Shown here one piece after another: positions 37,001 through 46,230 of a stretch of DNA of 64,000 nucleotides. The notes under the pieces are model-generated. The model did not search any database. It was given only the letters and a program-made list of their open reading frames with translations, and was not told the origin of the DNA. Every line of letters starts with the position of its first letter. Position 1 is the stretch's first letter. The stretch covers positions 3,072,001 through 3,136,000 of the forward strand of contig OZ244065.1 in NCBI GenBank assembly GCA_965215505.1. The letters run 5' to 3'. Origin of the DNA: Capsulimonadaceae bacterium. GTDB lineage: Bacteria > Armatimonadota > Armatimonadia > Armatimonadales > Capsulimonadaceae. A program made the position numbers and the translations under genes.

Positions 37001-39895
37001 TCAGTCCCCCTCCGACAGCGCGTATTCCACGGCCTGCTCCAGCGTCATCGCGCGGCCCGCGTCCCAGGCATCCGAAAAGGCTTCCTCGCCAAGCGCCTCG
37101 CGGGCATCGGCCATCGTCTGCTCGTGGGTCCTGCGCTGCTTGGGCGGCAGGATCGCGGAGATGCCTTCCCGCGCCGACTGCGCGGCCCCGGCCAGACACG
37201 CGGCGCGCGACGGGGCGTTCCCGGCCATCGCCAGGGCGGCGCATTCTTCCAGGGCGTAGGTGATGTCGGTGGTCTTGCCCAGCCGACGGGCGAGGGTCAG
37301 GCTCTGGGCACAGAACGCCCGCGCCCCGGCCAGGTCACCTTCCAGGCGGGAGATCTGCCCCAGGTCGCTCAGGTTCCAGACCTCTTTGCTGCGGTCGCCG
37401 ATCTGGCGGGTGACCGCCAGCGATTGTTCGACAAAGGAGCGGGCCTCGGCGCGGTCACCCAGGCCCCCGGCGACAGCGCCCAGGCCATTGAGGTTCGACG
37501 CCTCGATCCACAGCTCGCCGATCTCGCGCGTGATCGTCAGCGACTGCTGATACCAGGAACGGGCCGATGCGCTCTCGCCCAGGTCACGGGCGATGTTCCC
37601 CAGGTTACAAAGGTTTCCCGCTTCGCCCCGCCGCTCGCCGACCTCGCGGCTGATCGCCAGGGCCGACTCGAAGTAGGAGCGGGCGGCCTCCGCCTCTCCC
37701 TGCTCGTAGGCGATGTTCCCCAGGCCGTTGAGGTTGATCAGCTCGTCGCGGCGGTCCCCGATCGCGCGCGTGATCGCCAGGGACTGCTCGAAAAAATCGC
37801 GCGCCGACGCGACCTGGCCTTGACTGAGCGTGAGGAAACCGAGGGCGATGAGGTTAGAGGCCTCCCTGCTCTGGTTGCCGATCGCGCGGTTGATCGCCAA
37901 AGCCTCCTCCAGAGTCGCCCGCCCCGCCTTGCTCTCGCCCAGGCTGTGGACGAGGAACCCCAGCGTCCCGAGCATCTGCGCCCGTGTCTCGGGTTCCATA
38001 CCGCCCCGCGCCAGGGCCGTTTCCAGGTGGCCGCGCCCCTCGCTCCAGTGTCCGCGCACATACCAGAAGCGGCACAGCGCGGCCACCAATCTGAGCGCGC
38101 CGTGCGGCCCTGTCGCCGTCCCTTCGCCCCAGGCCAGGGCGGCACGCAGGTTATCGTGTTCCGTTTCCAGCCGGGCCAGCCACGCCCCCTGCTCCGGCCC
38201 CCGGAGTTGTGAGGCCGCTTCTTCCGCCAGCGCGGTACACCAGGACAGGTGCCGGTCCCGCATCTTCTCGGCTTCGCCCGTCCCCCGCAGACACTCCTCG
38301 GCGTACTGACGGACGGTTTCCAGCAGATGGTAGCGCGTGCCGTCCCCTGTCGGCTCCATCACGACCAGGCTCTTATCCACCAGGGCCGTCAGCAGGTCCA
38401 GCACTTCCCACTGCTCGATACTACCATCAGGCTCGACTCCGTCGCCCGTACACACCGCCTCCGCCGCCGGGACGGTCCATCCTCCGGCAAACACGCAGGT
38501 CCGCAGCAGTACGATCTTCTCCTGCTCGGTCAGCAGGTCGTAGGACCAGTCAATCAGCGCCCGCAAGGTCTGCTGCCGGGGCAGCGCGACCCGCGAGCCG
38601 CCCGTCAGCAGACGGAACCGGTGGCCCAGCCGCGCGTTGATCTCCTCGACAGTCAGCGAGCGGACGCGGGCGGCGGCAAGCTCCATCGCCAGCGGGATGC
38701 CGTCCAGACGGAAGCACACCTGCGCCACCGCGGGCGCGTTCCCGCTCGTCACCGCGAACGACGGCTGGACCGCCTGGGCACGCTCGATGAACAGACGCAC
38801 CGCCTCGAACTGCGACAGCGCCTCCACCGTCTGCGCCTGCTTCGGGTCGGGCAGCGAGAGGGATGGGACGCGGTAGGTCTGCTCGCCGGCCACGTTCAGC
38901 GGCTCGCGGGAGGAGGCCAGGAGGTGGACGCCGGGGCAGGCGCGCAGCAGGTCGGAGGCAAGGGACGCACAGGCCGAGACCAGATGCTCGCAGTTGTCCA
39001 GGAGGAGCAGCAGGCGCTTGGCCTTCAGCACCTCCACAAGTGTTCGCTGGATCGGCTGCCCCGCCTGCTCCTTGATCCCAAGCACGTCGGCGACGGCCTG
39101 GGAGACGAGGGCGGGGTCGGCAAGAGCGGCGAATTCCACGAGCCAGACGCCGTCGCCGTCGCCGGTGAGCAGGTCGGCGGCCACTTGCAGGGAGAGCCGG
39201 GTCTTGCCGCTGCCGCCCGCGCCGGTCAGCGTCAGCAGGCGCGTCCTGCCCAGCAGTGCCTTGACCTCCTCGACCTGTTTCTCCCGCCCGATGAAACTCG
39301 TGGTCTGCTGGGGCAGGTTGTTGGGCAGGGCAGGATTGTCCAGGGACCGGAGCGGCGGGAAGTCGGCGGGGAGGGACGGGTACTGAAGCTGAAAGATCTG
39401 TTCGGGGCGTCCGAGGTCCTTGAGGCGGTGCCGGCCCAGATCCAGCAGGGAGGTGTTATGCGGGAGGGCGTCCCGGACCAGCCCTTGCGTCACCTCCGAA
39501 AGCAGCACCTGGCCGCCGTGCCCCGCCCCCATGAGGCGTGCCACCCGGTTGAGGGGCTGTCCGAAATAGTCGCCGCCGCGCTCCTCGGCGGCCCCAGAGT
39601 GGAGGGCCATCCGCACCAAGAGCGGCGTCCCGGTTCCCCACGGTTCGGCGGCCAGGGCGAGCTGGGCGGCGAGGGACGCGGCCAGGGCCTGGTTGGCCGT
39701 GGGGAAGGCGGCGCAGAAGGAGTCTCCGACGGTCCTGAAGACGAAGCCGCCGCTGCCCTCGATGCTGCTGCGGAGGAGTTCATCATGGCGTGCGAGGGCG
39801 GGGCGCATGGCGTCGGGGCGCTGTTCCCAGAGCGTGGTGCTGCCCTCGATGTCGGTGAACAGGAACGTGACGGTGCCGGCGGGTGGAAGGGGCAA
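37001..39895 (-). CDS. Class III cyclase-domain + P-loop ATPase + TPR protein
   Basis: FLFTDIEGST, GDYFG, GAGGSGKTRL, LLLDNCEH, LDGIPLA, TPR repeats; TTG start at 39895 inferred from GGAG. Confidence 0.9.
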   Translation of the reverse strand: MPLPPAGTVTFLFTDIEGSTTLWEQRPDAMRPALARHDELLRSSIEGSGGFVFRTVGDSFCAAFPTANQALAASLAAQLALAAEPWGTGTPLLVRMALHSGAAEERGGDYFGQPLNRVARLMGAGHGGQVLLSEVTQGLVRDALPHNTSLLDLGRHRLKDLGRPEQIFQLQYPSLPADFPPLRSLDNPALPNNLPQQTTSFIGREKQVEEVKALLGRTRLLTLTGAGGSGKTRLSLQVAADLLTGDGDGVWLVEFAALADPALVSQAVADVLGIKEQAGQPIQRTLVEVLKAKRLLLLLDNCEHLVSACASLASDLLRACPGVHLLASSREPLNVAGEQTYRVPSLSLPDPKQAQTVEALSQFEAVRLFIERAQAVQPSFAVTSGNAPAVAQVCFRLDGIPLAMELAAARVRSLTVEEINARLGHRFRLLTGGSRVALPRQQTLRALIDWSYDLLTEQEKIVLLRTCVFAGGWTVPAAEAVCTGDGVEPDGSIEQWEVLDLLTALVDKSLVVMEPTGDGTRYHLLETVRQYAEECLRGTGEAEKMRDRHLSWCTALAEEAASQLRGPEQGAWLARLETEHDNLRAALAWGEGTATGPHGALRLVAALCRFWYVRGHWSEGRGHLETALARGGMEPETRAQMLGTLGFLVHSLGESKAGRATLEEALAINRAIGNQSREASNLIALGFLTLSQGQVASARDFFEQSLAITRAIGDRRDELINLNGLGNIAYEQGEAEAARSYFESALAISREVGERRGEAGNLCNLGNIARDLGESASARSWYQQSLTITREIGELWIEASNLNGLGAVAGGLGDRAEARSFVEQSLAVTRQIGDRSKEVWNLSDLGQISRLEGDLAGARAFCAQSLTLARRLGKTTDITYALEECAALAMAGNAPSRAACLAGAAQSAREGISAILPPKQRRTHEQTMADAREALGEEAFSDAWDAGRAMTLEQAVEYALSEGD

Positions 39896-40104
39896 GGCGG
39901 ACTCCAGACTGGCGGTGCCGGGGCAGGCGAACAGGAAGCTGTTCGGCGGGCGGGGCGCGTTTTCCTGCGTGCCCCCGGTTCTGAGGGGCCGGATATGTAG
40001 GGGTGCCGCTTGCCGCGCCCTCTTCCCCGGCCCAGTTCCTCTTCCCCGGCCCATATCCGAGGAAGGAGGGCGCGGCAAGCGGCACCCCTACGGCCGGTGC
40101 ATCT

Positions 40105-41475
40105 CTAACCCCTGCCGGACGCTTCCCTCACCCCGCCCAGCGGCTCGCGGCTCTTGGCCCAGGCGGGCAGGAACGGGATGAACACGAAGCCTACCAGAGT
40201 GAAGGCCAGGCCCACCCACAGCGAGTAGTCCCAGCCGTGCGTGATCGTCCAGTGGTGGGCGGTGTTCAGCGGGCCGAAGTAGTCATACATGTTCCCGCCG
40301 ATCTTGTCGGACAGCACCCCGGCGATGGCGATGGCGGACATGACCAGCCCGTAGACCGTCCCCTCGACGCCGGGCGGGCAGGCCCGCGCCGCCAGCGTGG
40401 ACAGGCACAGGCTATACCAGGTGCCGATGCAGGCCCCTAGGAAGTAGATGACTTTCGCCGAGTCCGCGGTGTGCAGCAGCAGCAGGATCGGGTAGCCGAT
40501 GCAGTCCATCCCCCAGGCCCCCCAGACCAGCCCCCGCACCGGCATCCGGCGCGAGAAGGCCGCGAACAGGCCCATGGACACGATGGACCCCGCCGAGGAG
40601 TACGCCCCCAGGCTGCCGATGAGCTGCTTGGAGAAATGCAAAACATCGGTCATGTAGTAGATCTGGGCGTTGTTGACGCCGGGCGTCAGAATCAAATAGA
40701 AGACGAAGCCGATGATGGCCCACAGCCCCGGCATGCGGGCGGCTTGGCGCAGGGCGGCGGCGGAGCGGGCGCGCTCTTCCTGGCGGGCCGCGCGGCGCTC
40801 GGCGGGGTGGACGCGGCCCTGGTTCTCGGCGGCGACGGCCGGCTTCTCGTCGATCAGCAGGACGAGGGGCACTTGCAGGAGCATCAGCAGAGCGGCCAGG
40901 CCGAAGGCGTGGTGGTAGGACCAGTGCTGGGTGACATACCCGGACAGCCGGGCGGTGTAGAGGATGGCCAGGACGGAGGGGACGAACACGATCAGGCTCT
41001 GGAGCTGGCTGAGGCGGCGGGTGCGGTTGCCGACGGCGACCATGACGGCGTTGACCATGACGCCCGCCAGGACGCCCCCGGAGGCGAGTACGAGCAGCAG
41101 GCAGACCACGGCGGCGTAGTGGTACTCGGACAGGCAGGCCAGCCCCCAGCGCGCGGCCGCATGCACGAGGACGGACAGGACGTAGTAGGAGCGCCGGTGG
41201 GACCCGAACAGGGGGAACAGGTCGGAGCCGGCCCCGAGGAAGGGCTGGAGGTAGGCAGGGATGCCGACGATTATGCCCAGGGTCCCGATGTCGCCGGGCG
41301 TCAGGTGCATCACCTCTTTGAAGAGGAAGGTCGTCTTCTCGCCGGTCAAGGCCCCGCCGAAAGCGCCGAGGACGACGCTCAGGGTCAGGAAGGCGGCGAT
41401 GCGATGGAAGGCGGCCCGGTCGGCGGGGCCGGCGTCGCCGAGGGCGGGGTCTGCGGTGAGGGCCTGTGTCGCCAC
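40105..41475 (-). CDS. MFS transporter (BT1/folate-biopterin-like)
   Basis: About 12 TM segments; SDLFPLFGSHRRSY, ARACPPGVEGTVY. Confidence 0.82.
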   Translation of the reverse strand: MATQALTADPALGDAGPADRAAFHRIAAFLTLSVVLGAFGGALTGEKTTFLFKEVMHLTPGDIGTLGIIVGIPAYLQPFLGAGSDLFPLFGSHRRSYYVLSVLVHAAARWGLACLSEYHYAAVVCLLLVLASGGVLAGVMVNAVMVAVGNRTRRLSQLQSLIVFVPSVLAILYTARLSGYVTQHWSYHHAFGLAALLMLLQVPLVLLIDEKPAVAAENQGRVHPAERRAARQEERARSAAALRQAARMPGLWAIIGFVFYLILTPGVNNAQIYYMTDVLHFSKQLIGSLGAYSSAGSIVSMGLFAAFSRRMPVRGLVWGAWGMDCIGYPILLLLHTADSAKVIYFLGACIGTWYSLCLSTLAARACPPGVEGTVYGLVMSAIAIAGVLSDKIGGNMYDYFGPLNTAHHWTITHGWDYSLWVGLAFTLVGFVFIPFLPAWAKSREPLGGVREASGRG

Positions 41476-41557
41476 GGGGGTTCCTTTCTGCGGTCCGGTC
41501 TGCCACGGGGAGGGGCCGGAGGCGACACAGGCCCGGCCCCACCCGTGATCATGCCGA

Positions 41558-43105
41558 CTAGACGCCGCCCGCCGGGGCGGCGGGCGTACCCGCGCCCGCC
41601 GGGTTCAGGACCTCGTGCGGCGTTAGGGTCGTCACCGGGCCGAAGGTCGCAAGGCCCGGCGAGATCGTCTTGCCCTCGCCGACGGCGATCACCTGGACGC
41701 GGCCCGTGCCGAGGTAGGTCTGGGTGACGCGCTGGATGTCGGCGGGGGTCACCGCCTGGATGCGCTGGGGGTAGGTGTCCCAGTAGTCGGCGGGCAGGCC
41801 GTAGTCCACCACGTCCAGCAGGCGCGACAGCACGCCGGCGGGGTTCTCCAGAGTCAGGGCGAAGGACCCGACGATGGACCGCTTGGCGGCCTCAAGCTCG
41901 ACCGGCGTCACCGGGGCGCTCTGCATCTTGGCGAACTCGTCATAGAAGCCGCTCACGGCCGGGGTCGTCACCGCGTTGCGGACGCTCCCCCCCATGGTCC
42001 AGGTGCCGGGGTACTTCGCCACCGAGACGGTGGAGCGGACGCCGTAGGTGTAGCCCTTCTGCTCGCGCAAATCCTGGTTAAGCCGCGAGTTGAAGGAGCC
42101 GCCTAGGATGTAGTTCGCGACGGTCAGGGGGAAGAAGTCCGGGTCGGTGCGCTTGATGCCCAGGTTCGCGAAGGTCAGGAAGGTCTGGGCCGAGCCGGGC
42201 CGGTCCACGAGGTAGATCGCCGTCTTCTCCTCGGGGTGGAACGTCCCGGCGGGCAGGGCGGTTTCGGCCCCGGAGGCGGCGGGCCAGCTCGCCAGGGCGG
42301 CGGCCAGCTTCTTCTCGATGTCGCCGGCCTTGACGTCGCCCGCAACGCCGATCAGCGTATCGGGCGCGTTGCGGTAGTGTTCGGCGTAGAAGGCCTTCAG
42401 GTCGTCGGCGCTGATCGCCTGGATCTGGGCCGGCGTCGGCGCGGGCCGGCCGTAAGGGGTGGAAGCGCCGTAGAGGATCTGGCGCGTGAGCTGGCCGCTC
42501 AAGAACTGCGGGTTCAGCTCCTCCTGCGAGCGCCGGGCGACCGCCTGGAACTTGGCCTTCGTCAGCCGGTCGGCGGGGAAGGTCGGGTGCAGCAGGACGT
42601 CGGCCATCAGCGCGATCAGCTCGTCGGTGTTCTCCGACAGGCCGCTGACGCTGACCTCGGCCCGCTCCGCGCCGGCCGTGGCGCGCAGGTTTGCGCCGAT
42701 CTTCTCGGTCGCCCGCGCGAGCTGTAAATAGTCCTTGGTCTGCGTCCCCTCGTCAAGCTCCGCCGCCGTCAGCTCGGCGACGCCGGGCTTGGCGGCGGAC
42801 TCGAAGAGCGACCCGGCCCGCATGCTGACCGTGATGGTGACGAGCGGCAGCTTGTGGTCCTCGACGACGAGCATGTGCGCGCCGCCGTTCTTGTCGGCCC
42901 CGGCGGGCAGCGTGAACTCCTTGGGCCGGGGCAGCTTGACCTGCAAGATGTCCTTGGCGACCGGGGCCCGGTTCATCGGCGCGGCGATCTGCCCCGCCGG
43001 GGCGGCGATCTGCTCCTGGGCGTTCGCGATATGGGGCGCGAGTGCGGCCCCGGAGGCGAGCAGCAGGGCGGCGAATGCGCCCGTGAGTGTCTGTTGTGTC
43101 TTCAA
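41558..43105 (-). CDS. M16 peptidase, non-catalytic subunit
   Basis: VEDHKLP, ILGGSFNSRL..LREQKGYTY; no HxxEH motif. Confidence 0.88.
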   Translation of the reverse strand: MKTQQTLTGAFAALLLASGAALAPHIANAQEQIAAPAGQIAAPMNRAPVAKDILQVKLPRPKEFTLPAGADKNGGAHMLVVEDHKLPLVTITVSMRAGSLFESAAKPGVAELTAAELDEGTQTKDYLQLARATEKIGANLRATAGAERAEVSVSGLSENTDELIALMADVLLHPTFPADRLTKAKFQAVARRSQEELNPQFLSGQLTRQILYGASTPYGRPAPTPAQIQAISADDLKAFYAEHYRNAPDTLIGVAGDVKAGDIEKKLAAALASWPAASGAETALPAGTFHPEEKTAIYLVDRPGSAQTFLTFANLGIKRTDPDFFPLTVANYILGGSFNSRLNQDLREQKGYTYGVRSTVSVAKYPGTWTMGGSVRNAVTTPAVSGFYDEFAKMQSAPVTPVELEAAKRSIVGSFALTLENPAGVLSRLLDVVDYGLPADYWDTYPQRIQAVTPADIQRVTQTYLGTGRVQVIAVGEGKTISPGLATFGPVTTLTPHEVLNPAGAGTPAAPAGGV

Positions 43106-43201
43106 ATTATTGCCTTTTGCGTTGAAAAGAGGGCGCACGCCGGAGAACACCGGAAGGGCGAACACAAGGTTCGCCCCCACGGGGCTACGGGGCAGGCTCG
43201 A

Positions 43202-44647
43202 TTAGCCGCCCGCCGGGGCGATGGCCGCCGTGCCCGCGCCGCCCGCCGGGGCGGAGTCGGCGGGCATGGTGATGACCACCGCGCGGTTGGCGGGGACCAG
43301 GTACTTCTTGGCGACCCGCTGCACGTCGGCGGGGGTCACTTTTTGCAGGTCCACCAGCAAGGTGTTGACACGGTTCGGGTCGTGGAACTGGACGGCATAC
43401 AGCCCGAGCTGCTGGGCGCGGCCCAGGGCCGTTTGCAGACGCCGGACGGTCCCGACCCGCTCTTCCACCTTGGCCGTCGCCACCTCCTCGTCGGTGACGC
43501 CGTCCGTCTGGACGCGGGCGATCTCCTGGTTCAGAACCGCCTCGACCGAGGCCACGTCCCCGCCGGGCGGCAGGGCCGCCTCGACGGTGAACAGGCCCGG
43601 CCCGGTCGAGTCTTCCGGCCCCGCCCCGACCCCGACCGCCATGTCCTTCTCGACTAGGGCGCGGTACAGCCGGGAGGTCCGGCCGCTGCTCATGATGTTC
43701 CCCAGCACGGTCAGGGAATAGAAGTCGGGGTCGTTGCCGGCCACGGTGACATAGCCGGCCTCATACTGCGGCTGCCGGGCCAGGGCGTCGGACAGCGTCT
43801 TGCGCCGCTCGCCGGGGTAGGCGGTCGGCTCGGCGAAAACGGTGGGCGTGGAGGCGGTGCCGGCCTTGATCGGGCCGAAGTAGCGCGCGATCAGCGACCG
43901 GACGTTGGCGTCATCGAACCGCCCCGTGACCGTCAGGACGGCGTTCGCGGGTTCGTAATACTGGCTGTGGAAGGCGCGGACGTCCTCCAAACTGGCGGCG
44001 TCGAGGTCGGCCATGGAGCCGATGGTGGTGTGCTTGTAGGGGAAGCTGCTGTAGGCCTCATCCAGCAGGGCCTCGTAGGTGTGTCCGTAAGGCTGGTTGT
44101 CGTAGGACTGGCGCTTTTCCTCCTCGACCACCTGCCGCTGGTTGTCGAGGTTCGCCTGGCTGATGTCCAGCGCGCGCATCCGGTCGGCCTCCAGGAACAG
44201 GCCGAGGGCGAGCTGGTTCGCGGGCAGGCTTTCAAAGAAGTTCGTCCGGTCCTGGTTGGTGGTGCCGTTCATGGAGCCGCCGTTTGACTCGATCAGCCGG
44301 ATGTGTTCGGTCTTGGCGACGTTCTCCGACCCCTGGAACATCATATGTTCGAACAGGTGGGCGAAGCCGCTGCGCCCCGGCCGCTCGCTCCGGGAGCCGA
44401 CGTCGTAGGTGACGTTGACGGCGATGACGGGCGGCGCGGCGGCGCGGCTGTCCGGGGCGAGGATGACGCGCAGGCCGTTCGGCAGCGTGTACTGCGTGAA
44501 GGCGATCTGCGGGAAGGCGGCGGGGGCCGCCGAGGCCGCGCCGGGGGCGATTGCCAGCCCGCCCAGCAGGGCGGCGGCGAGGCAGGCCGCGCGGGCAGTG
44601 CGGGCGGCGGGCCGGAGGGAGAATGATAGCATGGTTTTTCCTGTCAT
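43202..44647 (-). CDS. M16 zinc peptidase, catalytic subunit
   Basis: GFAHLFEHMMFQGS, NGTT.DRTN; signal peptide. Confidence 0.92.
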   Translation of the reverse strand: MTGKTMLSFSLRPAARTARAACLAAALLGGLAIAPGAASAAPAAFPQIAFTQYTLPNGLRVILAPDSRAAAPPVIAVNVTYDVGSRSERPGRSGFAHLFEHMMFQGSENVAKTEHIRLIESNGGSMNGTTNQDRTNFFESLPANQLALGLFLEADRMRALDISQANLDNQRQVVEEEKRQSYDNQPYGHTYEALLDEAYSSFPYKHTTIGSMADLDAASLEDVRAFHSQYYEPANAVLTVTGRFDDANVRSLIARYFGPIKAGTASTPTVFAEPTAYPGERRKTLSDALARQPQYEAGYVTVAGNDPDFYSLTVLGNIMSSGRTSRLYRALVEKDMAVGVGAGPEDSTGPGLFTVEAALPPGGDVASVEAVLNQEIARVQTDGVTDEEVATAKVEERVGTVRRLQTALGRAQQLGLYAVQFHDPNRVNTLLVDLQKVTPADVQRVAKKYLVPANRAVVITMPADSAPAGGAGTAAIAPAGG

Positions 44648-44899
44648 AGCGTCTTTCTTTGTCTGCGTGCTGTGGGAGTAAGTCGGCGCTGACTTCGGCG
44701 GGAAGCGGGAGGAGGAGCGCGCCGACGCGCATGGCGTCGGCGGTCGCCCGGCATTGGGCGCGGCAGTAAAGCAGACCACGACGGCGATGTCCTGGCGGAA
44801 AGGTCGGTAACATTATACACCAAAAACCGCCAAACGCGCCGGTATTGTTGCGGGGCTGGCAAGGCAATCGCGTCGGAAGGGCGGACACGGAGCAAGGAA

Positions 44900-44962
44900 G
44901 GGCAGGCACGGGGGCCTGCCCCTACGGGCCGCCGGAACGTAGGGACAACCCCGTGGTTGCCC
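44900..44962. repeat. Divergent pair of GTAG-REP hairpins
   Basis: gggcaggcacgggggcctgcccctac and gtagggacaacccc...ggttgccc. Confidence 0.7.
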
Positions 44963-45075
44963 TCCGTGTCCGGTTGCCCTGGCATGGTCATCTCCGTATG
45001 GCCTACGAATGCTCCCGTGTGGCTAGCCCTTGACGTCCGGGCACGGCTTGTGGTATGACTAGGGCGAGCCGCTCA

Positions 45076-45495
45076 ATGACGCCTACCCACGTTGTTTCCT
45101 ACATCGCTTTCGCTTTCTTTTTTGGCGCTGTCGGCCTGCTCATCGCTGCCGCTCACTATGTAGTGCTTTTCGAGGCGTGGCGCAAGGGCCTGACCGCCTT
45201 CGGGCGCTGGCTCCTGCCGTCCGCGCTGGCTTCCACCATCTCCACGATCTCCTGGCTCTTGGGCGTCCTGAGTCCTAGTCTCGGCTTCCGTACCCCTTAT
45301 ACTGCTCGCCTGTGCAGGTATGGCCTCGACACACTCGCGGCGGCGCTCGCGGCCATCGCCCTGTTCCGACTGTGGAAGATGATCCGGGGCTGGCCCGCGG
45401 GCGCATGGGCAGGAGGAGAACATCCGCCGGGCGGGCAGAACGCCGAACATCCGCAGGAAGGCATATGGCCGCCGCCGCCCACCGACCCGGCGTGA
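45076..45495 (+). CDS. Hypothetical membrane protein with C-terminal EGIWPPPP motif
   Basis: Three hydrophobic segments; TTGACG..TATGAC upstream. Confidence 0.65.
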   Translation: MTPTHVVSYIAFAFFFGAVGLLIAAAHYVVLFEAWRKGLTAFGRWLLPSALASTISTISWLLGVLSPSLGFRTPYTARLCRYGLDTLAAALAAIALFRLWKMIRGWPAGAWAGGEHPPGGQNAEHPQEGIWPPPPTDPA

Positions 45496-45526
45496 AGAGT
45501 GCGCCGCAGGGAAGCGGACGGATGAA

Positions 45527-45663
45527 GGACGAGTGATTGAAATCACTCGCTACGCTGGAAGTTGTCCAAGGGACAAGGGAACGGCCCCGGATGGGGCAAG
45601 ATTTTCTCCTTCTTCTGTCCCCTGGACAGGTCCCAATCAGCGAGTGATTTTAATCACTCGTCC
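45527..45663. repeat. Nested palindromic element family I, copy 4
   Basis: Arms as in copy 1; followed by a 13-bp tandem repeat at 45683-45730. Confidence 0.9.
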
Positions 45664-45751
45664 AACCCGCCTCGTCCGACCCGACCTGACGCCCTGACCT
45701 GACGCCCTGACCTGACGCCCTGACCTGACGGCTGACAGAGGACCAAAAACC

Positions 45752-46126
45752 GTGCGTATTTCAGACGAGACGGAGCCGCTGCCGCTCTCCGAGGTCCGGC
45801 GCTATGAGGCGGCCTGGCAGCGATACCGCGTGTCTTCAGCCTGGTACTGGCTGGTCTTCCTCGGCTACGTCCCCGGCGTCTTCCTCTTCGGCTGGCTCCT
45901 GTCGTTCGCGGTCAACGACAACCTGGCCCACGAAATCGTGGCCTTCGGGTGGATGGCGCTGTGGATGGTGTCGGGGCAGGGCTATGTCCGGTTCCGGTGC
46001 CCGCGCTGCGGCGAGAAGTTCTTCGCGCGGAAGGGCTTCAGCAACATCTTTTCCGGCAAGTGCCTGAACTGCGGGCTACCTAAGTACGCCCACGACCGCA
46101 CGGTCCTCGAGGAGGAAATCCCGTAG
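45752..46126 (+). CDS. Hypothetical 2-TM protein with zinc ribbon
   Basis: CPRC...CLNC; GAGG before GTG. Confidence 0.7.
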   Translation: MRISDETEPLPLSEVRRYEAAWQRYRVSSAWYWLVFLGYVPGVFLFGWLLSFAVNDNLAHEIVAFGWMALWMVSGQGYVRFRCPRCGEKFFARKGFSNIFSGKCLNCGLPKYAHDRTVLEEEIP

Positions 46127-46230
46127 GGGAGCGCGAGGTCACGGTTGCTTTGTCTCCCCTTTGGCGTTATAATGAGGCCGTCCCCCGCATTCACCGCCGA
46201 GTGCCTGCCACCGAGGCGAAAGGCATTTCT

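Noticed and set aside
35768-38212. Long opposite-strand ORFs (e.g. 35768-38212, 38249-40000, 62323-63807, 16280-17668)
   Set aside because: Shadow frames of real genes in high-GC DNA, with no motifs of their own
39896-40078. N-terminal ORF extensions through repeats (also 12923-13240, 43106-43180, 25946-26056)
   Set aside because: They translate REP sequence; better starts with an SD or -10 box lie downstream
10882-45663. Family I repeats with unique spacers as a CRISPR array
   Set aside because: The arms are inverted rather than direct, the copies are dispersed over 35 kb, and there are no cas genes
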